Shown here one piece after another: positions 48,505-58,731 of a stretch of DNA of 64,000 bases. This DNA comes from an uncultured Candidatus Saccharibacteria bacterium. GTDB lineage: Bacteria > Patescibacteriota > Saccharimonadia > Saccharimonadales > JACDBH01. Each line of letters begins with the position of its first letter. The stretch's first letter is position 1. Both the position numbers and the translations under genes were made by a program. The stretch covers positions 36,422 through 100,421 of the forward strand of contig CAYSJS010000003.1 of the NCBI GenBank assembly GCA_964431415.1. The letters run 5' to 3'. The notes below the pieces were generated by a model. That model ran no database searches. It saw nothing but the letters and a program-made list of their open reading frames with translations, and had not been told where the DNA came from.

Positions 48505-49272
48505 TTATCTTACTTGTGCAAGCACCATACTCAATACTTCATCCACGTGTCTGTCCACGACATAATCAGGTGCTTGAGCATCTAAAACGTAACTGCCAGT
48601 GATTGCTCCCGCGGCTTCAAAACGCGCTAGTCTTTGGTTATGAGCATCTTCTAACCAAGCATTTACCCGCTGGAGTTGTGTAGAGTTGTCAGTGTTCACT
48701 TCCCAAACTCCCCCTAGCGAAAGTTTGCCGACATTGGCTGGAATAGAGCGCTCCGATGGATGGTTTACCTTCAATGCCACCACATCCGCTCTTTCGTTGA
48801 AGGCGTCCGGCAATGGTACCCGTTCCAGATCACCAACAACAATAGCAAGACCGGTGTCGCATAGTTCGTCCAGCGACGGCTCACTATCTTCGCCCGTCAA
48901 CGTGACAATATCGAAACGATCAAATGACGGCATAATATCTTGAATTCCTTGAGCGATCGAGCGGCCGGCCTGACGTTTCATACCCGCTACCACCGGATGA
49001 TCACCTTTATTTTGCTCGTCAAGAACAATCCTTACCAATAACGGCGTCATAGGAAGCACCTTGCGCACCTGCTCAACACCTAGATATTCAGCCATCGGCG
49101 ATGAAAGATCGATTTGGTGTGCGCCATGGCGAAGTGGATCAAAATCCACACTTCCCACGTCCAGTCCCACAGAAGCAACTGTTTCATGCGGAAATTTATG
49201 CACACCGCCTGAATGACGAAAATGCGCTTCAAGGTCTTCTATTTGGTTGCGTGTGTTCGGGAAACGAACCAT
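48505..49272 (-). CDS. Degenerate DUF58-like MoxR partner
   Basis: Follows MoxR; FDPLR..QID, IVLD, AIVVGD...H..ER...G pattern. Confidence 0.5.
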   Translation of the reverse strand: MVRFPNTRNQIEDLEAHFRHSGGVHKFPHETVASVGLDVGSVDFDPLRHGAHQIDLSSPMAEYLGVEQVRKVLPMTPLLVRIVLDEQNKGDHPVVAGMKRQAGRSIAQGIQDIMPSFDRFDIVTLTGEDSEPSLDELCDTGLAIVVGDLERVPLPDAFNERADVVALKVNHPSERSIPANVGKLSLGGVWEVNTDNSTQLQRVNAWLEDAHNQRLARFEAAGAITGSYVLDAQAPDYVVDRHVDEVLSMVLAQVR

Positions 49273-50330
49273 GACGCTCTCTCCTTTTCTGTCGCGCGGA
49301 CACTATCAAGAAGACTGTTAAACACAGCATGCGGGTCTTCTCTTACTTCGGTGGCACCTATATGAGCAACCATCTGGAACTTAAGTGCTTGTAGCGCGGT
49401 AGCTGCATTAATAACACTGCTTCCGCTCATAATAGCGAGAGCGCCTGCAATTCGCTTTATCTGCACAGCAGGACGACCAACAGCTTCTTTTATGCCACAC
49501 TCAGTCAAAAGATCGTGTGAGACTCTTACCATATGACCGATTCTAGTGAATTCTTCAGGCGAGACACCTATAGCCTCTGCTTGCATGCGATATCGCTGTA
49601 ACATTGTTGTATCTGTCACCGTTTTTATATCCTTGGGATTGCCTATCTCGCCTCTAAGTGCAGCGCCGATGATAGCGTTCTTTGTATTTGGATTATTGCC
49701 CATATCCACGCCAATACCCATACGCGAAACAAGCGCCGAACTCATGGGGTAAACCGTACGGTCGGTGCCGCGCGGATTAATTGCTAAGGCTGCAAAAATT
49801 AATTTTCTAAGCGCGACAATACCAGTGTTATTAACGATTTCCGAGCCCTCAAGAGCTCTGAATATTGCGCCAACAGCAGTGGGGTTAGCACGGTTTATTT
49901 CGTCAGCAATAACAACCTGAGTATCTGGGGTTAAAATACCTTCATATTCTATAGTTGTTGTCTCAGAACGTTCGGCGCCATCGGCCTCTTTTACGGCTTT
50001 ATCAGAAATATGTGTTCCACCGGTCATTTCTTTGCCAGTTAGGTCTGATTGTGGCGGAATAAAGGCACGACCATTTTCGCCGATACCGTCAATAAGCCGA
50101 TGCCCATGATCAAGCAGAACCGACTTACCGCCACCCGGGGGCCCTAGCAGTACCACCGGCAACCCAGAAATAGTTGCGGCAACATATCCGGCGATAGCCT
50201 CGTCTTCACCTACAAGTGCCCGTGACACTTGTTTGTACGCTCTTTCATAGTATTCCGCAGCGCTGGTGTTATAGTCACTATTCGGTACTACAGGTAACTG
50301 GCTAAACTGATTTTCGTGTGAAGTACTCAT
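49239..50330 (-). CDS. MoxR-family AAA+ ATPase
   Basis: LVGED, GPPGGGKS, IADEINRA.P, AINP...YP...LVSR. Confidence 0.85.
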   Translation of the reverse strand: MSTSHENQFSQLPVVPNSDYNTSAAEYYERAYKQVSRALVGEDEAIAGYVAATISGLPVVLLGPPGGGKSVLLDHGHRLIDGIGENGRAFIPPQSDLTGKEMTGGTHISDKAVKEADGAERSETTTIEYEGILTPDTQVVIADEINRANPTAVGAIFRALEGSEIVNNTGIVALRKLIFAALAINPRGTDRTVYPMSSALVSRMGIGVDMGNNPNTKNAIIGAALRGEIGNPKDIKTVTDTTMLQRYRMQAEAIGVSPEEFTRIGHMVRVSHDLLTECGIKEAVGRPAVQIKRIAGALAIMSGSSVINAATALQALKFQMVAHIGATEVREDPHAVFNSLLDSVRATEKERASWFVSRTHATK

Positions 50331-50332
50331 GG

Positions 50333-51436
50333 TTATCTCCTTACTCTCTTACCGATAAGCGGCAAGCGGTTTATAAAACGATGCGTAGTCTTAGTGTTTC
50401 TTACTGTCAAATCACGAGCTCTAGGAAGTGCAGTGTTAAAAGTTGTTGTCAGTTTTGGTCTGGTCATTTTCCAACGTATAGCTGCTGCAAGGCTTAACGC
50501 GCCAACTATCATACGACCAACCCCGTTACCTTCTTGCTTCGCCTTCCGCGGCGTTGCGTCTAATTTTTCGGCAACTACGTTTAGATCCTCTTTAAGTCCA
50601 TCTTCGGTAGAAAAGCTTTCAGCGTCAAAATAGTTCCCACCGGTCAGTTCAGCAAGTTCTTTAAATTTATTAGCGTATTCGCCATCACCCGAAACGTCAA
50701 AGATAAATAGTGGCGTAGCAGCTGTTCCGAGTTGCGCTTCTGAGACAAGGCCCGAAAAGTCGTTGCCATTAGTCACTATAGCTACTCCGGTAAAAGGTAC
50801 TTCTTCTCCTGATAAAGCTGCACTGCGATCCAGCTGAGCATTTCCAACAGCAGTCTGGAACGCTTCAGCCATAGGCGCATGACCAATAGGTGTTGTCAGA
50901 ATAGCCTCCGATAAACTCTTCGGCTCAACAAGACCTTCGGAAGCTACTAACGCCTCCGCATCAGAGTGTATAAGTTGCGTTTCAATACCACCAACAACCG
51001 AACTTACAGACAGCGCAGGCATCTCGTTTTCGAGCATTGTAGCACCGGATCGATCCACGACTACCTGCAGAGTAGAAGGTGTTACTACCGGTTTATCAAA
51101 GTTGATCCACAAACTTGCGTTAGTCGCCCCAACGAGGCCTCCCCCAACAGCCGCCAACGATATAAGCGCACGCGGTATCTTTTGGCGTGCTTTTGGTGCA
51201 TTTTCCCCAGCTACCTGACCCCATATAGCTGTCAGGGAGTCACGATTACGATCTATACGAGTAAGCGACCGATACTCCATTGCGGCGCCTACCATGGCAC
51301 ATGCACCAGTCACGGCCATAAGCGATGGTACAGGATGGGCATTCACCAGTTCGGCCGCATGCTGAAAAGCATTAGACTCACTGGCTGCGAGTACCGCGCC
51401 CTGTACTAACTGAGATCGTTGCATCAATTCAGACAT
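50333..51436 (-). CDS. Membrane protein with degenerate vWA domain (BatA-like)
   Basis: N-terminal TMs, VVDRSGAT, IVTNG, LAELTGGNYFDA, C-terminal TM. Confidence 0.65.
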   Translation of the reverse strand: MSELMQRSQLVQGAVLAASESNAFQHAAELVNAHPVPSLMAVTGACAMVGAAMEYRSLTRIDRNRDSLTAIWGQVAGENAPKARQKIPRALISLAAVGGGLVGATNASLWINFDKPVVTPSTLQVVVDRSGATMLENEMPALSVSSVVGGIETQLIHSDAEALVASEGLVEPKSLSEAILTTPIGHAPMAEAFQTAVGNAQLDRSAALSGEEVPFTGVAIVTNGNDFSGLVSEAQLGTAATPLFIFDVSGDGEYANKFKELAELTGGNYFDAESFSTEDGLKEDLNVVAEKLDATPRKAKQEGNGVGRMIVGALSLAAAIRWKMTRPKLTTTFNTALPRARDLTVRNTKTTHRFINRLPLIGKRVRR

Positions 51437-51486
51437 GACAGTATACTATCATGTTTTTGCAAAAAAAGCAAGTACTTATGCTTATT

Positions 51487-53634
51487 TTAATTCTTAACTT
51501 CTACCGTACTGCGGGGTAAAGAGAACCCGAAGGTACTCCCCTTGCCCTCTTCACTTTCAAAAATTATGCTGCCGCCCTGTGCCACAACAACTTTTTTCGC
51601 CATAAACAGCCCGAGACCGGTGCCATCCGGACGCGCTTTTTTAGCATTTCCTGCCCGATAAAACTTCGTAAATAAGTGGTGCTGCTCACTCTTTGGCACA
51701 CCAAGACCATCATCTATCACCTTGTATTCAATCGCTTTGTCGGAAGCACGAAGCTCTACGCGGATATGTCCGCCTGACGGCGTGTAATAGATGGCGTTGT
51801 CCATAAAGTTCATAATCACTTGACGGGTTTTCATTTCGTCTATGTTTAGCATCGGGAAGTCAGACGGCTTTTCGTATGTTAGCTCAAGATCATGCATTTT
51901 TGCCGTTTCTTTAAGCTGACTCACCTCTGCCTCAACTACATCCGCTAACTGAGTAGGTGCAGCCTGAATGACAAATTTACCCGTCCGCAACCGGGATACA
52001 TTCAAGAGGTCGGCGATCAAGTAGACCATGCGTTGACTGCTGCCATATGCTTGTTCCAAAAGATCACGCTGGTCGGCGGTAATTTTGCCCGCATCGCCGT
52101 CAAGTACCATGCTCACATAGCCTTTTACAGAGGTGAGCGGCGTGCGTAGCTGGTGTGAAGCCATGCTGATAAACTCGTCTTTTGCCTCATCGAGCGCCTT
52201 CAGTTTTTCGTTTGTCTTCCGCAGCTCCTTGGTGGCATCGGCCACTTTTTGCTGCAGCGTACTGTTAAACTGCTGAATTTCTTCAAAGCTAATAGCGTTT
52301 TGTATCGCAATACTTAACTCGTTCGCACACAGGACCATAATTCTCTTATCTTGATCGTTATACGGGTTACCGCTTTTTTTAGGGCCTACGAGAATCATGT
52401 TGTTCATTGACTTCTGCTTAGAGTCAACCACACCCACGGCAACAGATATATTTTTGTCATCGAAAGCTTGCTTTAAATCATGTTCATTTGCAGCAATATC
52501 GTCTATTGAAAGCACTGTCGTACGTGAAGTAAACCTGTTTTTTATGAGAGCATAGTCACTGGTTGAAATATCTAAGAATTTAGTTCCAATCTCTCTTCTT
52601 TTTGTCTCGTTCGTAACGACAAATACGCAGTATTCTGCTTTCAAGTTTCCCGAAATAACACGTGCAACTTTATTTAAAAGAACATTCAAATCAATTGTAG
52701 TAACTAGCACACCATTGAGTTGATCCATAAAGATTTGGGGATCATAGTTGTCTCGATAAAATATCCGGTCGCTTATCCGGTCAAAAAAGTTTCTAAGCGG
52801 CTGCAGGGTCAAAGAAAGAAAGACGGCGGCACCTACATACACAACCCTATGCATGTTATCTACGTTATTACTACCAAGAAAGTATGACGCCGCACCAAAA
52901 ACAACCGCACCATACATTACACCGATAGCAGACAATGTAAGGATGTACCCTACCGATCTCGCCACCACAAGCCTAATGTCGAACAGTCTGTGCTTTACGA
53001 TTGCATATGCCACCATCCCTACAAGCGCAAGCGAGAATACTGGACCAAAGCGTGAACTAGACCAGTCGTTCACGAATAACGGTACAAGTACGTTTGAAAT
53101 TACTGCAAAGAATGCATATATAAACACTCCGGAAGAGACAAGTATGACCTGTTGTCTTTGTCTGGCATCTGCAGCGTGTTTAATTTGCGATGCCATCACA
53201 TAAACCAGCAAGATAAGTGCGAGTGAGGCGTAAAGAATAAAACTTAAATATAAACCTTCAGTTTCTATTGTTGTCTCAGTTACCGAACTTATAAAATAGT
53301 TGGTGAAAACAACTGGGATAAGCAAAACTGTAAAAATCATATAAGCACGCATGGGCAGACTTCGTACTATTTTGTTTTCTTTAGGAAAATAAGAGACAAA
53401 GCTCAGCAACCCGCAAGCCGTTAATATGCCCCCCAGAAAAACAAGTCTTGTAAGTAGTAAACTAGTCGGACGAATACCCGACAAATAGTTAAAAACCGTC
53501 CATGAGGTGGTAGCAAACGCAAGAAAGGCAAAAAGCTGATTAACCTTTTGCCTAGGGTTTCGAGACAAAATGATCAACGCAAGTAGAACTATTAGAGCGC
53601 CGCACAGTATAATCAAGACTAAATCAAGCAGCAT
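51487..53634 (-). CDS. Sensor histidine kinase (7TM-type N-terminus, GAF-like, HisKA, HATPase)
   Basis: Multiple TMs, SHQLRTPL, NFMDNAIYY, DDGLG, GTGLGL, GKGSTF. Confidence 0.93.
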   Translation of the reverse strand: MLLDLVLIILCGALIVLLALIILSRNPRQKVNQLFAFLAFATTSWTVFNYLSGIRPTSLLLTRLVFLGGILTACGLLSFVSYFPKENKIVRSLPMRAYMIFTVLLIPVVFTNYFISSVTETTIETEGLYLSFILYASLALILLVYVMASQIKHAADARQRQQVILVSSGVFIYAFFAVISNVLVPLFVNDWSSSRFGPVFSLALVGMVAYAIVKHRLFDIRLVVARSVGYILTLSAIGVMYGAVVFGAASYFLGSNNVDNMHRVVYVGAAVFLSLTLQPLRNFFDRISDRIFYRDNYDPQIFMDQLNGVLVTTIDLNVLLNKVARVISGNLKAEYCVFVVTNETKRREIGTKFLDISTSDYALIKNRFTSRTTVLSIDDIAANEHDLKQAFDDKNISVAVGVVDSKQKSMNNMILVGPKKSGNPYNDQDKRIMVLCANELSIAIQNAISFEEIQQFNSTLQQKVADATKELRKTNEKLKALDEAKDEFISMASHQLRTPLTSVKGYVSMVLDGDAGKITADQRDLLEQAYGSSQRMVYLIADLLNVSRLRTGKFVIQAAPTQLADVVEAEVSQLKETAKMHDLELTYEKPSDFPMLNIDEMKTRQVIMNFMDNAIYYTPSGGHIRVELRASDKAIEYKVIDDGLGVPKSEQHHLFTKFYRAGNAKKARPDGTGLGLFMAKKVVVAQGGSIIFESEEGKGSTFGFSLPRSTVEVKN

Positions 53635-53809
53635 GCGCTATCTCACGCTTATGGTTATGTTGCATAGTCTAAGTATAAGCTTTTTTATTTTTTTTTAACA
53701 ACAAAAACAAAATCATATTAACTTGCAGTTATGATGGACTTGGGAATATTATGTGTAGCAATGTGCAGCTAATAAAAATAAATATCCGCAACAACACGAA
53801 AGGTCGCTG

Positions 53810-54715
53810 ATGATTGCCAGGTTCCCGGACTTTTCTACAATAAGAATCGAGCATAAAGAAGAAATAAATAATTTTACGTTTAATTTTGAGCCCTACTCTG
53901 ACTCCAGTTTTGTAAATCTTTTTGCCTGGAATGTTGATAACTCGGCGAGCCTAAGCTGGTTAAACGGTAATTTGATAATCAGACTACCGGATTATATTGA
54001 AAAGGGTCGCTATGTTTACTCACTTATCGGGATAAATGACCTCGACACTACTGTAGAAACGCTTCTCTCTTACTTTCCCCTACTAAGCCTTGTCCCACAG
54101 ATCGTAATAAATAACTTAAAGAGCCCGGAAAAGTACGCAATCGCTGAGGACAGAGACAATTTCGATTATTTATATAAAATAGATGATCTTGCATCGCTCC
54201 AGGGTTCAGAGTATAGAAAAAAAAGACAGAAGGTAAACCGAACCCACGAGACACTAAAAGATCGCCTTGAGCTCAGCACTCAAACGCACATAAACAATGC
54301 CCTGAGAAAAGAAATGGAAGACGTATTAGCAAGATGGCAAGTCCAAACCGAACAACCAATAGATAGGATAGAGCTTGAAGGAATGGCATTAAGGAGATTG
54401 TTGGATCATTTTTACTTTTTCGACCTGCATATAACCACCTGCCGGATTGACGGTAGGCTTGAGGGTTTTTCCATAAACGAGGTGCTCGACGAAGCATTTT
54501 CAATCTGTCATTTCGAAAAATCAATCACAAGCGAACACGACGGAACGGGATCGGTACTTATAAACCACGCAGCCAAATCACTCTCCCCACTTTCAACAAT
54601 AGTGAACTGGGAACAGGATTTGGGAATACCTGGACTAAAAAAATCTAAACTTTCCTATAAGCCTATTAAGTACCATCGAAAATACTGGATCAGTAGAGGC
54701 GAAGCGATCCAATAG
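53810..54715 (+). CDS. DUF2156-like (aminoacyl-tRNA-dependent transferase fold) protein
   Basis: SDSSFVNLFAW, DRDNFDYLY..L.G..Y..KR, HFEK, NWEQDLGIPGLKKSKLSYKP. Confidence 0.82.
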   Translation: MIARFPDFSTIRIEHKEEINNFTFNFEPYSDSSFVNLFAWNVDNSASLSWLNGNLIIRLPDYIEKGRYVYSLIGINDLDTTVETLLSYFPLLSLVPQIVINNLKSPEKYAIAEDRDNFDYLYKIDDLASLQGSEYRKKRQKVNRTHETLKDRLELSTQTHINNALRKEMEDVLARWQVQTEQPIDRIELEGMALRRLLDHFYFFDLHITTCRIDGRLEGFSINEVLDEAFSICHFEKSITSEHDGTGSVLINHAAKSLSPLSTIVNWEQDLGIPGLKKSKLSYKPIKYHRKYWISRGEAIQ

Positions 54716-54728
54716 ACAATAAAACCGT

Positions 54729-55523
54729 CTAATACTCTACGACAGGCAGCTTGAAACCTATCAAGTCCATTAGGTTCTTAAAATTTTCATCAATAGGTAT
54801 TACTAGTGGCTTAGATACAACACCTAGTTCTTCTTCTTCAGTCGTAAAGGTGTCTCTGCCCAGCAGTGGCTCGGTAGCAAAACCATTTCTTTGAAGAGAC
54901 CTTACTTGTTTGCTGTTCGCCGTCGCTATTACTATCGTCCTCCCTACTTCAGAGTCTTCCCTAATAAGCTTGCTATAAAGCTCAAGATAGGCAAGCTGCG
55001 CACTGTTCAGGTAGTTGTACGGCGGCATAGGATCATCAGGGTGAATTCTAAAGTTAGTTTCAGCACATAAAGATTTACGGAGGTCGATTCCTTGAGCAGC
55101 GTAATATCCAAGAAAATCTGCCGCACTAAAGTTTCCTAGCTCAATTAAACTATCAATGGTATAGATACCGGTTCTATTTGCCTCGATTACTTCTTCATCA
55201 CTTACATCGGAGAGCCGAGTGGTGGTAGCGGCATGTACAACTCGTTTTTGCCCTTCTCGCGTGTCAATAAGTAGAAGTATCTCCTGGGCAGCATCATACT
55301 CAGGATCAAGATCTGCAACCTCTGGGAAATAGCTAGCCTCATGGGTACGAGAGATATTGGCATAAGGATGCAACGGATTTATCCATGCAGCCACTACTTG
55401 GTCAGGAAATTGTTCTGCGGTTCGCTCAACCACTTCGGCTTCTAATGATGCAAGTTCTTCGGGATCGAGAAAATAGTTTGGCTCCACTTGCAAACCGTTC
55501 GGGTACTCTCCATTTACAGACAT
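54729..55523 (-). CDS. Putative GNAT-fold acyltransferase, LuxI/FeeM-like
   Basis: R..E..YF...EYD...LLLID...VV.A...RL and IVIATAN...RSLQRNGF..EPL resemble acyl-synthase blocks; remote similarity. Confidence 0.5.
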   Translation of the reverse strand: MSVNGEYPNGLQVEPNYFLDPEELASLEAEVVERTAEQFPDQVVAAWINPLHPYANISRTHEASYFPEVADLDPEYDAAQEILLLIDTREGQKRVVHAATTTRLSDVSDEEVIEANRTGIYTIDSLIELGNFSAADFLGYYAAQGIDLRKSLCAETNFRIHPDDPMPPYNYLNSAQLAYLELYSKLIREDSEVGRTIVIATANSKQVRSLQRNGFATEPLLGRDTFTTEEEELGVVSKPLVIPIDENFKNLMDLIGFKLPVVEY

Positions 55524-55528
55524 AGCTA

Positions 55529-56353
55529 TTACTCCTTAGCCCCTTTATTTAACTTAAACCTATTGAGCGCCCTTTTCCCCAGACCAGCTAAACAGCCAAG
55601 TGCAGCGAAAGTAGGAACTGCAACTTTTGGTTCTGTAATATTGGTTGCACCCTCCGCAATAAGCACGCCCTGAACAGCAACTGCACCCGTAAGCATCACA
55701 CTTGCCATCATACCCCTTTTTATATTTTCTCTTTTTGTCCGCTCGGGCTCTTCTCTATGGGTTGCAGCCAGCATCGCAGGCACGCCAATGTAGTTAGATA
55801 TTACTGCCTTACCTAATACGCCCAGACGTCTGGACCTATCGATTCTTTTATCTATTTCATCGTTGATTTTTCTTAAAAACTTACTTTCATTACGCTCAAG
55901 CACATCAGCTACTGCATAAACGCCCGCCCCTTCAGTAAGCAAGGTTGATCCCGCAAGATATCCTACACTCATAGGTACACTGCCGGTTCCTTTAAGAATT
56001 GCAAGAAAACCACCATACCTAACTGGTCCAGCTCCCAGTTCTACCGCAATTGCAGCTTTTCTAGCCACATTCTTCAACTTGGACCATTTTTCAATGTCGG
56101 AGGAAACAGGTGATGCTACTCCCACAATATTGCTCTCACGCTCACCGTCAGAATGGTCAAGAGAAGAATCGTTAACACCTCCTACAGTACCTTCATTCAC
56201 CAATATGATATTTACAGACTCGCCACCCCATAACGGAGCCTCAGAAAGCTCAGCAGCTGCTACAATACCGTCAGACTCAGCGCCAGTAAAGACAGGTTCT
56301 TGCAATTCGTTTTCTTCAATAAAGAGTCGCGGATGGACAGGATCATTGTTCAT
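55529..56353 (-). CDS. Membrane hypothetical protein
   Basis: Acidic N-terminus, several Gly/Ala-rich hydrophobic segments, coupled to downstream gene by AAGGAG RBS. Confidence 0.7.
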   Translation of the reverse strand: MNNDPVHPRLFIEENELQEPVFTGAESDGIVAAAELSEAPLWGGESVNIILVNEGTVGGVNDSSLDHSDGERESNIVGVASPVSSDIEKWSKLKNVARKAAIAVELGAGPVRYGGFLAILKGTGSVPMSVGYLAGSTLLTEGAGVYAVADVLERNESKFLRKINDEIDKRIDRSRRLGVLGKAVISNYIGVPAMLAATHREEPERTKRENIKRGMMASVMLTGAVAVQGVLIAEGATNITEPKVAVPTFAALGCLAGLGKRALNRFKLNKGAKE

Positions 56354-56428
56354 AGTTTATATATTATACACTATTTTATGTTTTTGTAAAGTGTTTTTTG
56401 AATACGCTCTCAGTGTATACTAAACATT

Positions 56429-56797
56429 ATGACGAAAATTGCAATTGTTGAAGATGATGTTGCTATCGCCCAGATGTACGGCATTAAGTTTGAATCCGAG
56501 GGTTATATTGTCCAAACAGCAGAAAATGGTCGCCTCGGTTTAGAACTTATCGAAAAGATGCGGCCCGACATTGTGCTGCTTGACCTCATGATGCCCGAAA
56601 TGAATGGCGACGAAATGCTTGCTAAAATGCGCGCTACCGACTGGGGCAAAGACATTAAAGTTATTATCCTGACTAACATGGGCGAACAAGAAGCGCCCGA
56701 GATCTTAAGAACACTAAATGTTTCGGCATTCGTCGTGAAAGCCGACTTCACGCCAAAGCAAGTAGCCGAACTAGTAAAAGCTAAGTTAGCAGCATAG
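56429..56797 (+). CDS. Single-domain response regulator
   Basis: IVEDD, LLDLMMP.MNG, ILTN, VKA. Confidence 0.95.
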   Translation: MTKIAIVEDDVAIAQMYGIKFESEGYIVQTAENGRLGLELIEKMRPDIVLLDLMMPEMNGDEMLAKMRATDWGKDIKVIILTNMGEQEAPEILRTLNVSAFVVKADFTPKQVAELVKAKLAA

Positions 56798-56801
56798 GTA
56801 T

Positions 56802-58097
56802 ATGAAAGCAGCTATTGTTGGCTACGCTACCGAGGGAATTACCTCCGCGGCATACTGGCATAAAAAAGGGTATGAGGTAACAGTCTGCGATCAAAACGCT
56901 GAGCTCAAAGTGCCGGATGTGTATCAAAAGAAGTTGGGCGATGAATACCTTAGTGGACTGGGTGAGTATGACGTTATCGTGCGCTCGGCAGGCATCCACC
57001 CCCGCCTACTGCTTGCTCAAAATCCAGGAATCGAAACAAAAATTACGACTAACATCGAGGAATTCCTGCGGGTTTCGCCTACCAGAAATCTCATAGGTGT
57101 CACTGGCACCAAAGGAAAAGGTACTACCTCAACGTTAATAACAAAGATGCTAAGCGAAGCGGGCTATACGACTCACCTGGTCGGTAATATTGGGCAACCT
57201 CCCCTGGAGCTCATCGAAACCATTACGCCAGACGACTGGGTAGTGCTTGAGATCTCTAGCTTCCAGCTCGAAAATTTTAAAGGCCCATCACCCCATATAG
57301 CCGTCTGTCTAATGGTTGTTCCGGAGCACCTGAACTGGCACGCTTCTATGGACGAATATACCGCCGCCAAAGGCAATCTCTTCCGCTACCAGACCGAGAG
57401 CGACTACGCCATTTACTTTGCAGAAAATGACACCTCGGCTCGCATCGCTGGCAGCGGCAAAGCCAAGCAGCTGCCGTACTTCCGCCAGCCCGGTGCGTAT
57501 GTACATGAAGATTATATTGAAATCGAAGATGTAAAAGTGTGCAAAGTGTCGGAGATTAAGCTTCGCGGTAAACATAACTGGCAGAACGCCTGCGCAGCCG
57601 TTACAGCCGTCTGGCAGGTAACACCCGATGTTGAGGCGATACAAAAGGTATTAAAAACATTTAGCGGGCTAGAGCATCGTATTGAGTTTGTGCGCGAGCT
57701 GGACGGCGTTTCTTATTTTGACGACTCATTTGCGACAACTCCAGAAACATCCATTGCAGCCATGCAGGCCTTTAGCGAGCCAAAAGTTGTTATCCTTGGC
57801 GGATCAGACAAGGGCATACCACTCGATCCAATTGCTGATGAAGTAATAAAAAGTAACGTCAAACGGGTTATCGCCATCGGCGACATGGGAGCGGTTATTG
57901 AAAAGTTACTTAAAGATCGCAAATTTGATGCCATTACAACAGGTATAACTACCATGACCGAAATGGTTGCCGAGGCCAGACGCTTTGCTGCACCGGGTGA
58001 TGTCGTGTTACTTTCCACCGGCTGTGCGAGTTTTGGACTTTTTAAAGATTACAAAGACCGCGGCAATCAGTTTAAAGCTGCTGTTCAAGCATTGTAG
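56802..58097 (+). CDS. murD: UDP-MurNAc-L-Ala--D-Glu ligase
   Basis: GVTGTKGKGTT, GNIG, LEISSFQL, HLNWH, LEHRIE, ASFGLFKDYKDRG. Confidence 0.95.
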   Translation: MKAAIVGYATEGITSAAYWHKKGYEVTVCDQNAELKVPDVYQKKLGDEYLSGLGEYDVIVRSAGIHPRLLLAQNPGIETKITTNIEEFLRVSPTRNLIGVTGTKGKGTTSTLITKMLSEAGYTTHLVGNIGQPPLELIETITPDDWVVLEISSFQLENFKGPSPHIAVCLMVVPEHLNWHASMDEYTAAKGNLFRYQTESDYAIYFAENDTSARIAGSGKAKQLPYFRQPGAYVHEDYIEIEDVKVCKVSEIKLRGKHNWQNACAAVTAVWQVTPDVEAIQKVLKTFSGLEHRIEFVRELDGVSYFDDSFATTPETSIAAMQAFSEPKVVILGGSDKGIPLDPIADEVIKSNVKRVIAIGDMGAVIEKLLKDRKFDAITTGITTMTEMVAEARRFAAPGDVVLLSTGCASFGLFKDYKDRGNQFKAAVQAL

Positions 58098-58731
58098 CAA
58101 GCCGGCTTAAGAGCGCCCGCTCGGGCTGAATCACTAACACGTCTTTCCCGGCAAGCCGCATAATGAGCCCATCTATCCAGTGATAATGCGTACAGCCAAG
58201 CACCAGCACGTCGACCCCAGCGGATAGCGCTTCCTGGACACCTCTTTCTACCTCATCAAGGTTTACCCTGTTCTCTTCAATCATAAGTGCCCACTGACTA
58301 CAGTCCGGCTCCACTATTTTCTTCCCTTGGGCATAGGTCTCTACCAGCCACGCATATCGCTTGCTGCGCAAGGTAGCGGGCGTTGCAAAAACCCCGATCA
58401 CCCCAGTTTTTGTAGCTTCCGCCGCCGGTTTGATCATCGGTTCGGTTGCGATTAACGGAACGTGTATAACAGCACGAAGCTCTTCAATACAATTGGTCGA
58501 AACGGTATTGCACGCAATTACAATCACCTCACAGCCGGCCTGAGCCATGTCTTCTAGTATTGGACGCACCAGCGTAAAGAGCTGCTCCGGGGTCTTGGTC
58601 CCATACGGCAGATTGTCCCGGTCCTCTCGCAAGAGCACCTCGCAGTCCGGAAAAGCTTTTTCGATTGCCCGTGCGACCGACAACCCTCCTACACCCGAGT
58701 CGAATACGCCTATTTTGGTTGGGCGGTTCAT
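58072..58731 (-). CDS. murI: Glutamate racemase
   Basis: FDSGVGG, PYGTK, IACNT, LGCTHY. Confidence 0.95.
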   Translation of the reverse strand: MNRPTKIGVFDSGVGGLSVARAIEKAFPDCEVLLREDRDNLPYGTKTPEQLFTLVRPILEDMAQAGCEVIVIACNTVSTNCIEELRAVIHVPLIATEPMIKPAAEATKTGVIGVFATPATLRSKRYAWLVETYAQGKKIVEPDCSQWALMIEENRVNLDEVERGVQEALSAGVDVLVLGCTHYHWIDGLIMRLAGKDVLVIQPERALLSRLATMLEQQL

